Under the pieces are notes generated by a model. That model searched no databases. It had not been told where the DNA came from and saw only the letters and a program-made list of their open reading frames with translations. A stretch of 63,931 bases of DNA, counting the filler, from Reclinomonas americana ATCC 50394 (taxonomy: Eukaryota): assembly GCA_048213135.1 (NCBI GenBank). It is 11 parts of 11 records of this genome, joined end to end, with 100 filler letters (N's around TTAATTAATTAA, not from the genome) between each part and the next. Parts side by side here need not be neighbours in the genome. Positions count along the whole stretch, not along the records: positions 24,465 to 37,141 come from AFZH01017870.1; positions 37,242 to 44,860 come from AFZH01017872.1; 9 more parts are not named here. One strand, written 5' to 3'. The position numbers and the translations under genes are program-made. Shown here in pieces: positions 26,187 through 38,500 of this stretch. Positions within the stretch are counted from its first letter, which is position 1. Each line of letters starts with the position of its first letter.

Positions 26187-28061
26187 ATGGGTAACGCCTG
26201 GCAAGCTGCGAGTCCGGTGTACCACCACCACCAGAGCACGTCGCGTGCATGTCCTTTCAAAGTCCGTCCAGCACACGTCAAGTTCGCCGAATGGGCTGTG
26301 CAGGCAGCTCACGAGCTGTTGCGTGCCTGCCTGCTTACTTCTCTCTCACACACACTGTGTGCATCCTTCACGGATGATGACGAGCATGCATGCATTTTCT
26401 CACCTCCGTGCATGCAGGACGACCCTGGTGTCATCATGGCAGGCTATCTGCTCAAAGAGGGTGTGTGTGCGCGCTTGCACTTGTGTGTGCATGTGTGCGT
26501 GTATACACATCGCCTCATCGTGTGAATGCGCAGGAGAAAAAGTCCGCACGTGGAAACGACGCTTTTTTGTGTTGCGCGGTCGCACTCTGCGCTACTACCG
26601 TCGCCAAACAGTGCGTGTGTGTGTCTGAGAGAGAGAATGAGACTTGCTCATCTTGCATGCAGTCACAACAACCACTCGGAGAGATCGATGTGCCGTCGGT
26701 GCCTGTGCTGCGTGGAGCCATGAGACCGGTTGCGTGCACAGCTCTACACTCGATGGCTGGTGCAGTTGTTTATCGTGTGCACTCGTGTGTGCAGAATGCA
26801 CTGGTGTTGCGCACGCCTTCGCGCTGGTACTTTGTGGCCTCGGAGCAGGCCGACGAACGAGAGATCCTCACGTGGCAGCGGGCCATTGAGGCACAGCAGA
26901 GGGTGCGTTGGTGGCCTCGGCGACGTGTGCACCGGTTGTGTGTGTGTGTGTTCTTCGCTCACCGCGCTGCAGTTGTACGAGACGCCGACTGAGACTGCGC
27001 GACGCGAGGAGGCCATAGCGCGTGAGGTTTGTCAGTTGTTTGTTGTTTGGCGACGACATCCACACAGACGACAGCCCTTATCGCTCTCTCGTGCCTATTG
27101 CAGAAAGAGCTGGGGACGTCGACCGACAGCGCCATCATCAAGAGCGGCTCATTGTACTCGGACGAGGACAGTGGTCAGCGGTGGGTGGTGCTGCAGGGCA
27201 CCGAACTCACCGTGTACAAGAAACTCGGGGTACGTGTGCCTTGCGTGTAGCGTGTTCTTCTTCCAGCCAGACACCAACCGCGCGTGCGCGCAGGGCAAAC
27301 GACTGCAGCGCTTCCACTTGGAGGGTGCGCACATTCACTGGCTGCGCGTGGAGCAGGGCCGGAGAACGCTGCGCTTGGTCGACTCGTTCCAGCGATTCGT
27401 GTTGCTCTCCGACCGCATGTCCAATCGGCAAAACATCAACGAGTGGTTCTTGGCCATCCAGGCGCAAATCAAGCGCGCCACCGTGGCCAACACTCCGCGC
27501 AGTCCGTTTGCGGCCTTGTCGCAAGGCGAAGGCGACGAGTCGTTCCGGCGTCTCAGCGGCGTTGATTTCGAACTGGCTCCGCTGCAACCCTCCTCCATGT
27601 CGTCTTCGTCGGCGTCGGCCGCGGCCGTCGCCGGATCGCCAACACCACCGACGTCTCTCATCAGCGCCTCGCCCCGCGCCTCGGCTGCGTCGCGTCACGA
27701 CTCGCTCCAAGCCGCAGCACCGCCTCCGGCACCCATACCGCAAGAACGCACTTCTTTTGGTTTGTTTCCTTCCAGCTCGCCGTGCACCCATTGCTTGTTT
27801 TTCATGTTCACGCTGTTGATCTCCCACAAAGTGTCGTCACCACCACCACCTGCGGTCACGCGCTCTGCGACAGTTCGCGTCGGTGAGCCGGGCTGTTGTT
27901 GCATGTCGCTGTTTTCTTATTGCAGACGCTGATGTTATTCTCTTTTGTGTGCGTGCGCGCGCGCAGCCAAGCAAGCAGCTTCTCAGGACTTCGACTCGGT
28001 GGCCAGAAGGAGAAGCAGTGGAGACGTGACACGCTATGTGGCATTTGAGGACAGCAAATGA
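26187..28061 (+). CDS. Tandem PH-domain protein
   Basis: MAGYLLKEG|EKVRTWKRRFFVLRGRTLRYY..PLGEI..WQRAI; second PH-like unit IIKSGSL..RWVVLQG..EWFLAIQ. Confidence 0.75.
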
Positions 28062-28110
28062 AGCCGGCAACCATTCGTCCTCGTTTCTCTTTGCGTGCTT
28101 CTACAACTGT

Positions 28111-29980
28111 TTAATACTCGGGGAACGTCGGGTCGACCTCTCTGCTCCACGCCTGCATGCCGCCCGCCACATTGTACACACGGAGGAAACCATTGTCGAG
28201 CAGCAGCCGGGTGGCGCGCACGGAATCAATGCCGCGCCGGCACACGACAAACACTAAAGAAGGAAGGGAGGAAGTCACGACGAGTGCACAAACAACGGAC
28301 TCGCCAGCAAACATACCCGATGGAGGTGACGCATCCTCGTCACCCTCGCTGCGCACTTCATCCACCCACTGCGTCAGCTCCTCTAGTCGAGTTGAAAGCG
28401 TCGCCAGCGGCACATCTGCTCACAGCCGTGTCACCACAAAGACACTTGCAGCCCCCAGACACAGTGCATCGCAACTCCTCGATCCCTGCAGCGCGGCCAT
28501 GGCGAATTGCGTTGGGCCACGCACGTCCAGCAGCACATGCGGCTCCACCTGTACGCGACTGGCAAACTCGGTGACAGACACGTGGTGCTCGGCTGGCACT
28601 TCGGGGAGGTTAGTGGGCCGCAGAGTGCACTCCTTGGTCACGCCGTACGCCACCAGCGACGAGATGGTCGGATCGTCACCTGGCCTCAGCATGAGTGCAC
28701 TCACTTTGTCTTTCTCTGGTCTCTCTCTCTCTCTCCCACATACCGCACACGGCGCAAGCGCGATTCCGTGGTCGCGTCCGCACAGTTCGAAACGACGGCT
28801 CGAGACCGTCGTAGATCAGCATGCGTTCCGACAAGACGTTGCCGACTCGTGCAATGACCTTGATCGCCTCCAGTGCCTGCAGGCAGCCCATCACACCCGG
28901 CACAGGTCCCACCACGCCACCGTCAGCACAGTTGGTGACAGCCGCCGCCGGTGGTGGCTCCGGAAAGAGACATCGGTAGCACGGACCGCGCACGTCACCC
29001 AACGCATGGCCGTACACGGTCAGCTGTGCAGCCGCGCGGGTGTCAGGTGACACACATAGGCAGAAGAAGACTCCTTTGTCTGTGGTATGTTCACCTGTCC
29101 TTGGAATCGCAGCGCTGACGCCGAGATCAGCGGCTTGCCTCGCAGCGCACAGGCGTCGTTCACCAGGTACCGCGTCGCCACATTGTCGGTGCAGTCGAGC
29201 ACCACATCGTACCTGCAGTGTGTGGCGGTGAGTGCGTGTGTCGGACTGCGTGGAAGCTTTGGCGAAACGCACCCCTCGACAATGGCCAGTCCGTTGCTTT
29301 CCACAAGTCCCTCATTGTAGGTGTCGACAGCCACCAGTGGATTCAGGCTGGCGACGCACAGTCAGCACACCGTCGTCGGAACTTCAACAACGCCAACAAC
29401 AATAAGAGAGACCTCTGCACGGCCATCTTGGCGGACTCGGCCTTGGGCACGCCGACCCGATCACTCGGGTGAATCACCTGCCGGTGCAGGTTGCTGGCGT
29501 CGACACAGTCCTGATCCACAATGCCGACTCGCCCTGCACACCGCGCATGTCAGAGACACCAGAGACTCCGAAAATGGACGCAGCACAACAACGTCGCACC
29601 AACACCAGCGCCCGCCAAGTACAGAAGCGCTGGCGAACCGAGTCCACCAGCACCCACCACCAGCACCGCAGCCTCCTTTAGTCGCTGCTGGCCTGTGATC
29701 GCAAGTCACGCGCCCAGTTGTCTCACCACACAGACGCGCACGCACACACAGACGCACCAGCGACCCCAAAGTTCGGCAACAGCAGCTGCCGACTGTAACG
29801 CGACACCTCGGCCGGCGACAGCGCAGTTGCGTGTGTGAAGGCGAGGGGGCTCACCAGTGACTCACATTCGCGAACTTCCGCCCGTGGTGGTGCGTCTTCC
29901 AAGGATGCTCGCAGCGAGGCCAGCTCCTCCTCCAACTCGCAGATGCGACGGCGACGACGCGCGTGCTCCTCGCTCTCCAT
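28111..29980 (-). CDS. MOCS3: Adenylyltransferase/sulfurtransferase MOCS3 (Uba4): ThiF plus rhodanese
   Basis: [48 protein letters not shown], and rhodanese [24 protein letters not shown]. Confidence 0.95.
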
Positions 29981-30035
29981 GTACGACTTGATTGACGGAG
30001 GACAGCTCCGTCCTGCGTGAGTGTGTTTGCAATTA

Positions 30036-33000
30036 ATGTCGCTCGTCAGCTGTGAGTCGGTGCTGGTGGCACTGGATGCGCTGGCGCAGTCGACATCGAC
30101 TCCGACTGCGCATGTCGTTGTCGCGTGCTGGCAAGTGCTGCGGAGCATCAAGTCGTCGATTGCAAGCGGTGAGTGTATAGCAAGCAGTCTTTCACTCTTC
30201 TCCTCCTCTTCTCATGCATTCCGTGCTGCAGATGGCGTTGCCTTCCCGCCCGCCATTCTGCAGTCGATGCCGACTTGTCCGGGTTTGTGTTTCTCATCCT
30301 TTGCACTTGCCGTGTCGTGCTGCTGACTGCGTGAACGGACAAGATGTGGAGGTGCCAGTGGAAGGGCACGCGGAGCGATGTGTGCTGCTGTCGCAGGCGC
30401 ACATTGACACGTCGGTTCGGTGGTTTGTGAGTGGAATGCACTGTTGACTGCTTGCTCATGCGCGCTTGCAGGATCAGTCGGCCTGTGTGCTTGTCGAGCG
30501 GCGCGTTCTTCATCACCTGCTGCATGCACTGTATATGCGGTCCATGTACGCCAGTGCATTCCATGTGGCGCGGCTCATTGTCTGTTGCGTGTGACCTCAG
30601 TCTCCTCCTCCTCTCCCCGTCACGCGCCTCACGCGACCTAGCATCATTACCGGCACCGGGGTGGTCGATCGAGGCGTTGCGAGTGCGCGCGCATGTGCTG
30701 TGCATGGTCAAAGAGGTGCTCTGTGATACCTACCGTGTTTTTCCTCGCGCTCTCGTTTCCGCCGCTGATGCCAGTCGCATGTTCAGTGCTCCGACAGGCC
30801 ACAGGAGGCGGTGCAAGCGGCGGTGGATGGCTGGTGGACCGAGACCACGCGCTTCCTGTACGAAGACCCAGGTGTGGCGCGTGGCTGTGCACTCGCACGC
30901 GCAGTTCTCTCACGCTGCACCTGGCCATCGCAGATCGCACCTCGCGTCGCGTGGCACACTTGTGCTCCTTGCGGGCTGTGCCCACGGTGGCGGCGTTCTT
31001 GGATCTGGTGGCAGCGCATCTGGCCTGTGTGTTGCACCTGGTGCTGCGTGGATTGAAGAGTGCCGACGACGCAGATGAAGGCCGAGTGGCGCGGTACGCT
31101 ACCGATCATGCACGTGATGTGTGCAGTCTGCTGGCATGGTGAGCGCCCTGCCTGGTTCGTGTCACCATTTCTCTGACTTGTGTCCTGCTGCCAGTCTGGA
31201 GAGCAGCAGTCGCGAGGATACGTCCGACACAATCGCTCTGGTGCGTGTCGGGTGCGTGCCTCTGGTGCCTGTCTGCGTTTGCCACTCATCATTGAACCGC
31301 CACTAGCGAGGAAGCCTATCGCGCTGCTTGACGCTTCTTGCCGCTCGCCTCGTGATTCATCGCACAGACTGTGCCGACGCTGAGTGGCTGGCGCAGCAAG
31401 CTGTGCGTGTCGCCGTCGCATCTCACCCAGTTTCGGCGCACTTGCGTGAGGTGTACGAGGAGGCCATGTACGTACACGTGTGCGTGCGTCTGTGGGTTGC
31501 CGACGAGCACGGCCACGAGCCGTCGGCGGTGCTTGACGACGTGCTGCCGGCGGCTCCCTGTCGTTTCGCGCCACTGCTGACCTTGCAAGGTGCGCGTGGC
31601 CACACGCGCATATGTGCGTGTCTGCTGCATTGCTTACCTTTGCACGCAGCGGCACGTGCGACGCTGCGCGGACAACCGCAATCCTGCGTCGACCTGCTAA
31701 AGGCGAACACTGGTCGCCACCAATCGTCCAGCGCTGTGTCACAATGCCTGCAGGCAGAGTCGCATCTCTTGCTTGGCGAGGTTAGTCGGCGAAAAACTTG
31801 GGCGCCGCACTGTCTGTCGCGTGTGACCCACATGGTGTATTGCGCTAGCGTGCTGCTGCGTTGATCGTACTGCAGAAACTGGTGACCGGTTCGTCGTGCA
31901 TCACGGCGCTGCACAATGCTGCCGTGGCACAGCTAGATGCGCCACCGGCATGGGATCGCTTTGTGCGTCTTACGGAGCTGGAGTTGCAGGTGCGCGTGAG
32001 GAGAAAGTCGGCAGGAAAAAAGAGAGACATGAGACTGCGATTGTTGCTCACATGCCGAGAAATCACAGCTCCTGACGACCGTTCGAGAAGAGCCGGGCGC
32101 GATTGTCGCGGCCTCCTTTCCCGGCTGCTGGCAATCAGTGCGTCTGCAGAGAGACGTGGATGCGATTGATGCTCTGGAGGATGCTGATGTTCCACGGGCA
32201 AAGGTCAGCGAAGTTCTCGCTTTCTTTTCCTGCACCTGCTGCTGAAAAAATGTCTGTGAGCAGAGTGCCCTGTTTCCGTCGACACTCTCACATCTGTCTC
32301 CGCTGCGCTCGGCTCTCGTGCTGGCCCACGTCTACGCTCGTCGCGGCTCCTTTGCCAAGTGCATGCAGACGTGCCGGCGCATCCTGCGGCAGCTCACGCA
32401 CGTGGAGGTAGGACGATTTATTGTGCACCACAGCCACACCCTTGCACGCACCGCTCACTCGACTCTCCAACCTGCAGGATGATGGTGACGATGGTCGGGG
32501 CCGGTGGTGGGGCTCGTTGCCCAACAGTCGTGCGATTGTCCTGTCGCTGTTCAACCTGTATGCCGTCTCGCTGTTGCGATGCGGTCGTGTCGAGGCCGCC
32601 AGCGATGTGTGTCACCACGTAGTGCGGTGCATGGGTGGCATGGAGCGGGCGCCAGTTGCGTGCACCTGTTGCGAGTGTCTTTGTTCTCTTGCTGACGTGG
32701 CTGCCCGACACAGCTGCAATTCGTGGCGCTGCTGGCCGAAGCCACTCTCGCCGGCGAGCAACCTGCGCGCACTCTCGATCTGCTCGACAGCACGGTGGAT
32801 CGAGTGCGACAAATGATGGCCACAGTTGCCGGCGGCGACGACGACGAGCAGCTCACAGTGCTGTTGTCTGAGCTGCTGGTCAATCGTGCCGTGGTGCTGA
32901 CGTGCCTGGAGAGGACGGAGGAGGTGCGTCACTCGTGCGTGTTTCTTCATGCACACGATACCGCGGTGAACGTGACAATGGTGGGCGCCACAGGCGCTGT

Positions 33001-33646
33001 GCCACTTGCGGGACGCGTACAGCTCGGTGGCCACCATTGGTGCTGCGCATGCGTGTCGCGAGGCTGCGGCGTACAACCTCGGCATACTGCAGCTGCGATG
33101 TGCGTCGGCCTCGGGGAGCGGTGACGCCACTGCGCTGTATCGCGCCGCTCTGCAGACGTGGGCCGAGCTGCGTGGCGTGTCGGTGGACGGCACGTCGGCG
33201 GCAGTAGACGATCGTTTGCGTCAGTTGTTGGTGGATGTGAGGTGAGACGAAGAGAAGGGGGAAGAGAGTGGAAAGAGGGTGAAGTAGCGAGAACATATCT
33301 CTTGAGGAGGAAACTAGAGGGGAGGGAGTGAAGTGCGACGAAGAGGGGAGAAGAAGGGGACACTTGAGACAAAGAGACTTGCTGGTCGTGGCTGTCCATT
33401 CCTCACCGACTGCCGAACAGCCACATGCCAGTCGCACCCTTTCATTCCCACGTTGCCGGCCGTCCCAGTGAACGCGGAGTGCTGCTGCTGGAGGTTGGTT
33501 TCGTGAGCTCCCGTGCTGTGCTGCTTTTCGACCGACTCAACTTCCTCGCTCGTGTACACACACACACACAGATTGCCTTCACCACAGTCATGCTGTGGAA
33601 GGCGCACAGCGAGCAAACCGCCCGACGCACAGCACTGCCACGCTGA
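30036..33646 (+). CDS. Large multi-exon alpha-helical/TPR-like hypothetical protein
   Basis: Series of spliceable Leu/Ala-rich exons, including TALHNAAV, SLFNLYAVSLLRCG and AAYNLGILQL; no family recognised. Confidence 0.5.
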
Positions 33647-33774
33647 GGTGGATGCAGATGGTGGACGACGAGGGAGGGCAAAAAAAACTACTGCGCCCGC
33701 AGCGCCGTATATACTGGCGTGGTGCGTGCGCGAGACGATAATTCTAACATCAATGGTGACTGCGGCGCGTGCTG

Positions 33775-34726
33775 TTACAACTGTGGCGCCTGGTCTCGTC
33801 GCTGCAGCCATGATTCGCGGTCCTCGGCGGCCATCACGTGCAACACTGTGTTTCGCACCATGAGGCATACGAGCATGGAACACAACCGTGCAGAGAACGC
33901 AACTCATAATGTACTCCCGCATGCTCTCGTCGGGGACTGCGTGGTGCAGGGCGCGCACCATGTCTTCGTCTTTGGTTACTCGCGTGAGATCGGCGGGCTT
34001 GACTTCTGCGCGAGAGTGCAGAAGGATGAGACTCAAGAAGACAAGGACGTGTGTAACCCACAGAGAGAGAGAGAGAAGCACACGGAACGCACAGAGCATA
34101 AGAACAACGCTGGAAGCAGGCATAGATAGAGAGAAGCACATGGAAATGCACTCAAAACACAAGCAGATGAGAGAGATTCGAACAAGCGATCAATGCAGCA
34201 AGTCACGAGCTCTCTCCTTGCTCTCTCTCTCTCCCTCTCTCTCCCCACTGCATCATCAACTCAGCGCCACACACGCACATGCACATGCACACTTGCACTT
34301 CTCCTCATCCGACATGGCCACCATGCACACTCTTTCTCACCCACTCACCTTCCTCCTTGTCCTCCTCATCACCATCGTCCTCGCCCTCCTCATCATCCGC
34401 ACCCTCATCCCCACTCTCCGCGCCCTGCTCAGCCGCAGAGTCACCACTGGCCGCCGACTCTGACGCCGCCACAGCCGAGGGCGCCGATGCAGCGCCTGCG
34501 GATGCAGCTGGTGCCGCAGGGTGCGTCTTGCTCAACCACCGGTCGAGCCACAGTGCGCCAATGGCGCCGGCCGCAAACAACATGTTGGCCGCAGTCGCCC
34601 ACCACCACGGATCATCACGCGCTGTGGAGATTGTCGAAGAGGAGCTCGGTGTTGCCTGCGGGTGAAGCACACACATGAGAGGGATGGAGCAAGAGAGGGA
34701 GGATACATGCAGCGGCGGCTCACCAT
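33775..34726 (-). CDS. Small single-pass membrane protein with acidic tract (hypothetical)
   Basis: ATG|intron|ATPSSS..DDPWWWATAANMLFAAGAIGALWLDRWL..EGADDEEGEDD..|EVKPADL..|..QAPQL*. Confidence 0.45.
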
Positions 34727-34768
34727 CAGTGTGCAAGAAGAAGATCTTTCGTTGATCGGCCGGTTCCG

Positions 34769-35360
34769 ATGATGTCGTCGCGCCGGCACGTGGGCACCAT
34801 GCTGCGCATGTATGCCGACGCCTTTGTGCCGCAGGGAGACCTTCCGCACTCGCGTGTCGTGCAGTACTCGTTGACATGGATGGGTGTGTCTTCAGTGAAT
34901 GAGGTGAGCGAGTGCATGTGTGTGTGCTCATGCGCATGCGCACACAGATCAATGGGAAAAGCAGCGCATGGAGGCGGACGAGGAGCGCGATGAGCTGGCG
35001 GCGATTGCACAGATGCCTGCCGGGCCACTTGTCCACTGGCTGCAAGTGGTGTGGAGGACGGTGCTGGCGCCGTTGTGGCAGCGTGCGCGCGTGTCTATGG
35101 TGGACCGCGTGAGCGCTGGTGCGGGTGCGTCGTTGCTGGAGGCGATGCGACGCAGTGATCGGAGGATTGCCGTGGAGCGTGAGCGAGTGCGTGTGCATCT
35201 CGAGCTGGAGCGCGCACCACCGTCGGCATCGCTTGCACCGGCCATTGTTGCTGCGAGGGATGCCGAGGTCGCGCCACCATCCCCACCACCATCACCGACG
35301 GCCGTGGATCCACTCATGCAGGACGTTCGATCGCTGTTGGCCAGTGTGACGCACCGGTGA
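34769..35360 (+). CDS. Hypothetical protein, two exons
   Basis: MMSSRRH..YSLTWM|DQWEKQRMEADEERDELAAIAQ..VTHR*; protein-like helical composition. Confidence 0.4.
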
Positions 35361-35541
35361 CAGCTTGCACATGTGTTTCTTCGGCTTTCGCAAGCAGAGA
35401 TGCGACGGCCGGTGCCTCACTCGCCGATGCTCATCCACCGTAGGAGCACGGCCAGGGCTTCGCCACGGTGTGCAAGTATCATTGACGCCATCGACGGAAC
35501 GCAGTGCAGCATGCAAACAAGCAAGTCATTATATGTTTCTG

Positions 35542-38500
35542 TTATGATGATTCATCAGCTTGGTGGCGGTGCAGCAACTGGCGCAGCACGGCACGCATCT
35601 CCGCCAACTCGCTCTCGAGCATTTCGACGCGAGCTTCCAGCGCGCTTCTCCTCTTCTCCTCGTCAGCTAACCGTTCCGTTTGCTCGTTCACGGCGTCCAC
35701 CAAAAGCGCGGTGAGCGCCTTGTAGTTGACATGGCGCACGGTGGTGTCCACGTGCCGATGCGTCTCATGCATGACGAGGCCAGATGCGCGGACCAACTCT
35801 GGAAACGCTGCCTCCAATTCCTGAGCCAGCACGCCGTACTCGGCGGAGCCGGGCCGCCGGCCAAGGGCGGAGGCGCCGGGTGCCCAGGTGAAATCGTACG
35901 AATGAACTGAGCGCAGACGCTGCGCCACGTCGCCCCCAATGCGTCGAATGTTCGTTTTGAAACGCGCATCCGACAGGTCATTGGTGGTAGCACAAGCGTA
36001 GATGTTACCGATCGAATCCGTGAAGCTCAACTGCGCGACAGGTGCAGCACGACATGGGAAAAAGTAAGCACTTGCGGAGTGCACACACACATAGTGCACA
36101 GAGTTGCACATGATCACTCACCCGCTCGCCACTCTCGCCGACGTCGGTGAAAAAGATTGTATTCCACGGCCCCCCGTTTGCCATCGGCGGCGTTACGAAC
36201 GAATGGTTGTGCTTGAGCATCAGGTATCCATTGTCATTGGAACTTGCCGGCGATACGAACACGTTGCCACTGGTAACAGAGAGATCCGCAGCTATTGATG
36301 CCACACCGCCAACATCCAGCGTGGACGACACACTCATGGAGGAACACGCTACAAGTCCAGCGACTTGCAGGCCACCCATCACGGTGGCCATGCCGCCGAC
36401 TGTCAAGTTACCAGCCGCTGTCAGACCACCGCCCACACTCAAGGAGCCAGCAAAGGTGGAGGAGCCAGTGCCTTGGACCACGAGCACACCAGGATTGGCA
36501 ATGGTGAGGGTGTTTCCCAGCTGGAGACCGCCTGTCAGCGTCGTAAGACCGACCACACTCAACGATCCTCCGAGCAGCGTGGCACCACGGCCAACGGTCA
36601 GCGTGCTTGCTGAGAGCAGTTCCAGGCTGCCGTTGACAAAAGACACGCCGGTTACGTTCACGCCACCGCCTAGGGTACAAGCGCCAGCTACTGACAGGCT
36701 GCCTCCGAGAGTGGTGGCGCCTGTTCCCACTGAAAACGAATTCGTACCAAGCACCTGCGAGAGAGGACATGTCACAAAAACAGGCGAGACGAGTAACGCC
36801 ACACACCCCAGCACCTCCGTACCTGCAAAGGACCACTGTGACTGGCTCCCACACCGACAATACTTTGCGCAAAAGTAGCGATACCATTCACGAGAACAGA
36901 GGCGCTCGCCGTCAGCGGCCCGCGCACCTGCAAGTCTTGCACCGTGGTTGTGCCCGCCGACACTGTCAGTCCACCGCCCAGTGTCGTCAATCCGCTCGCC
37001 ACACTCAGCGTCGCCGGCGCATTCAGCTGCACAGCACCATTGAACGTGCTCGATCCAGACACCGTCACCGACGCACCGCGCAGCAGTGTCACTCCCTGCA
37101 CCTCCAGATCGCCTTGCAGCGTTGACTTTCCCATCGCCACANNNNNNNNNNNNNNNNNNNNNNNNNNNNNNNNNNNNNNNNNNNNTTAATTAATTAANNN
37201 NNNNNNNNNNNNNNNNNNNNNNNNNNNNNNNNNNNNNNNNNCGTCGTGTCGGTGGTGCTCAGCGGTCCATTCAGTGTTGTTGTGCCGCCGACAGTCAGCG
37301 TGCCACTCAGCGTGGTGGCACCGCCGCCTGCCACAGTCAGTGAGCTGCCGCCAACAATGGAGACATTGCCGCTTAGCGTCGAAGGACCAGCGACCGCCAG
37401 GTCGTTGACAACAACAACGCTGCCAGTGATGGTTACGCTGCTGCCGGTGATGCTGGTGAGTGACGATGATGCGCCCAGGCGAACGGTGCCGACGGTACCA
37501 ACGCCGAGATTTAGCGTCTTCCCGGCATTCAATGAAACGGAACCGGCGCCGGCAGTTGCGTCCACCACCACCGTCGGCGATTTCAACGTCAGCACCGAAG
37601 TCGTACTGTCGAGCGCCACAGTGAGCGCGGCGGCTGCATCGCACAACTGAATGAGGCCCGTGCTCATCGAAATGCGGGCCGGCGTTGCCGCCAACGCAGT
37701 AGAAGGAGCCTGTTCGATCGACACCGTGGAGCCAATCGCTCGCACGACTGCGCCAGTTGACGACACCGTCACCGACGAGTTCGCACTGTTTCCCAGCTGC
37801 ACCATGTTCGCTGTCAGCGTGCCGATAAGCACGTTGCCGCGAGCCCCGGTACCGCCGGCACTGGCGCCTGCGTCCATCAGTACGTTGCCACCGTTGTTGT
37901 TGGCACCGAGCGCATTCTGGCCGCTGATTCGGAGATCGCTGCCTGCGCCGTTTGAAGCCCGTGCGTTGCGCGCCAACGCAACGGCGATCCCGTCGGGAGC
38001 CACCAAATTGACTCGACCTGTGGCGGGACTGAGCGCAAGATCTCCACTTTGCGTTGTCACGGAGGGCGTTGAGACTGTTACGCTGGCCACGGCCGTGTTG
38101 CACGTGAGGGTGCTGCCGAGCACAGTGGCGGACTCGTTGACAAGAAGCGGGCCCATGACTCGCGTGTTTTTGCCAGCTGCAGCCAGTTGCACCTCACCGT
38201 AATACGACGACACCGCAACGTTGCCCGAGTTGGTGGTGAGTGTTATCCCACTGTCGGCCAGCACAGACACAAAACGCGACTGCGTCTGAATCGAGTTAGT
38301 GCGGAAGGAACTCGCGCCCAAGATCAGGTTGCCATCTAGGCCACTCGACGTGCTCTGTCCAGGCTCAATTCGAAGGTCGGCACCACTGCCGCTCGTACCC
38401 AGGCGGCGCAGCACAAACGTGGCGCCGGTAGCGTCACCAAAGGTCACTTGCTGAGTGACCGACTGCACATTGCCTGTCGCGAGTAGCAGCGTGCTGCCAA

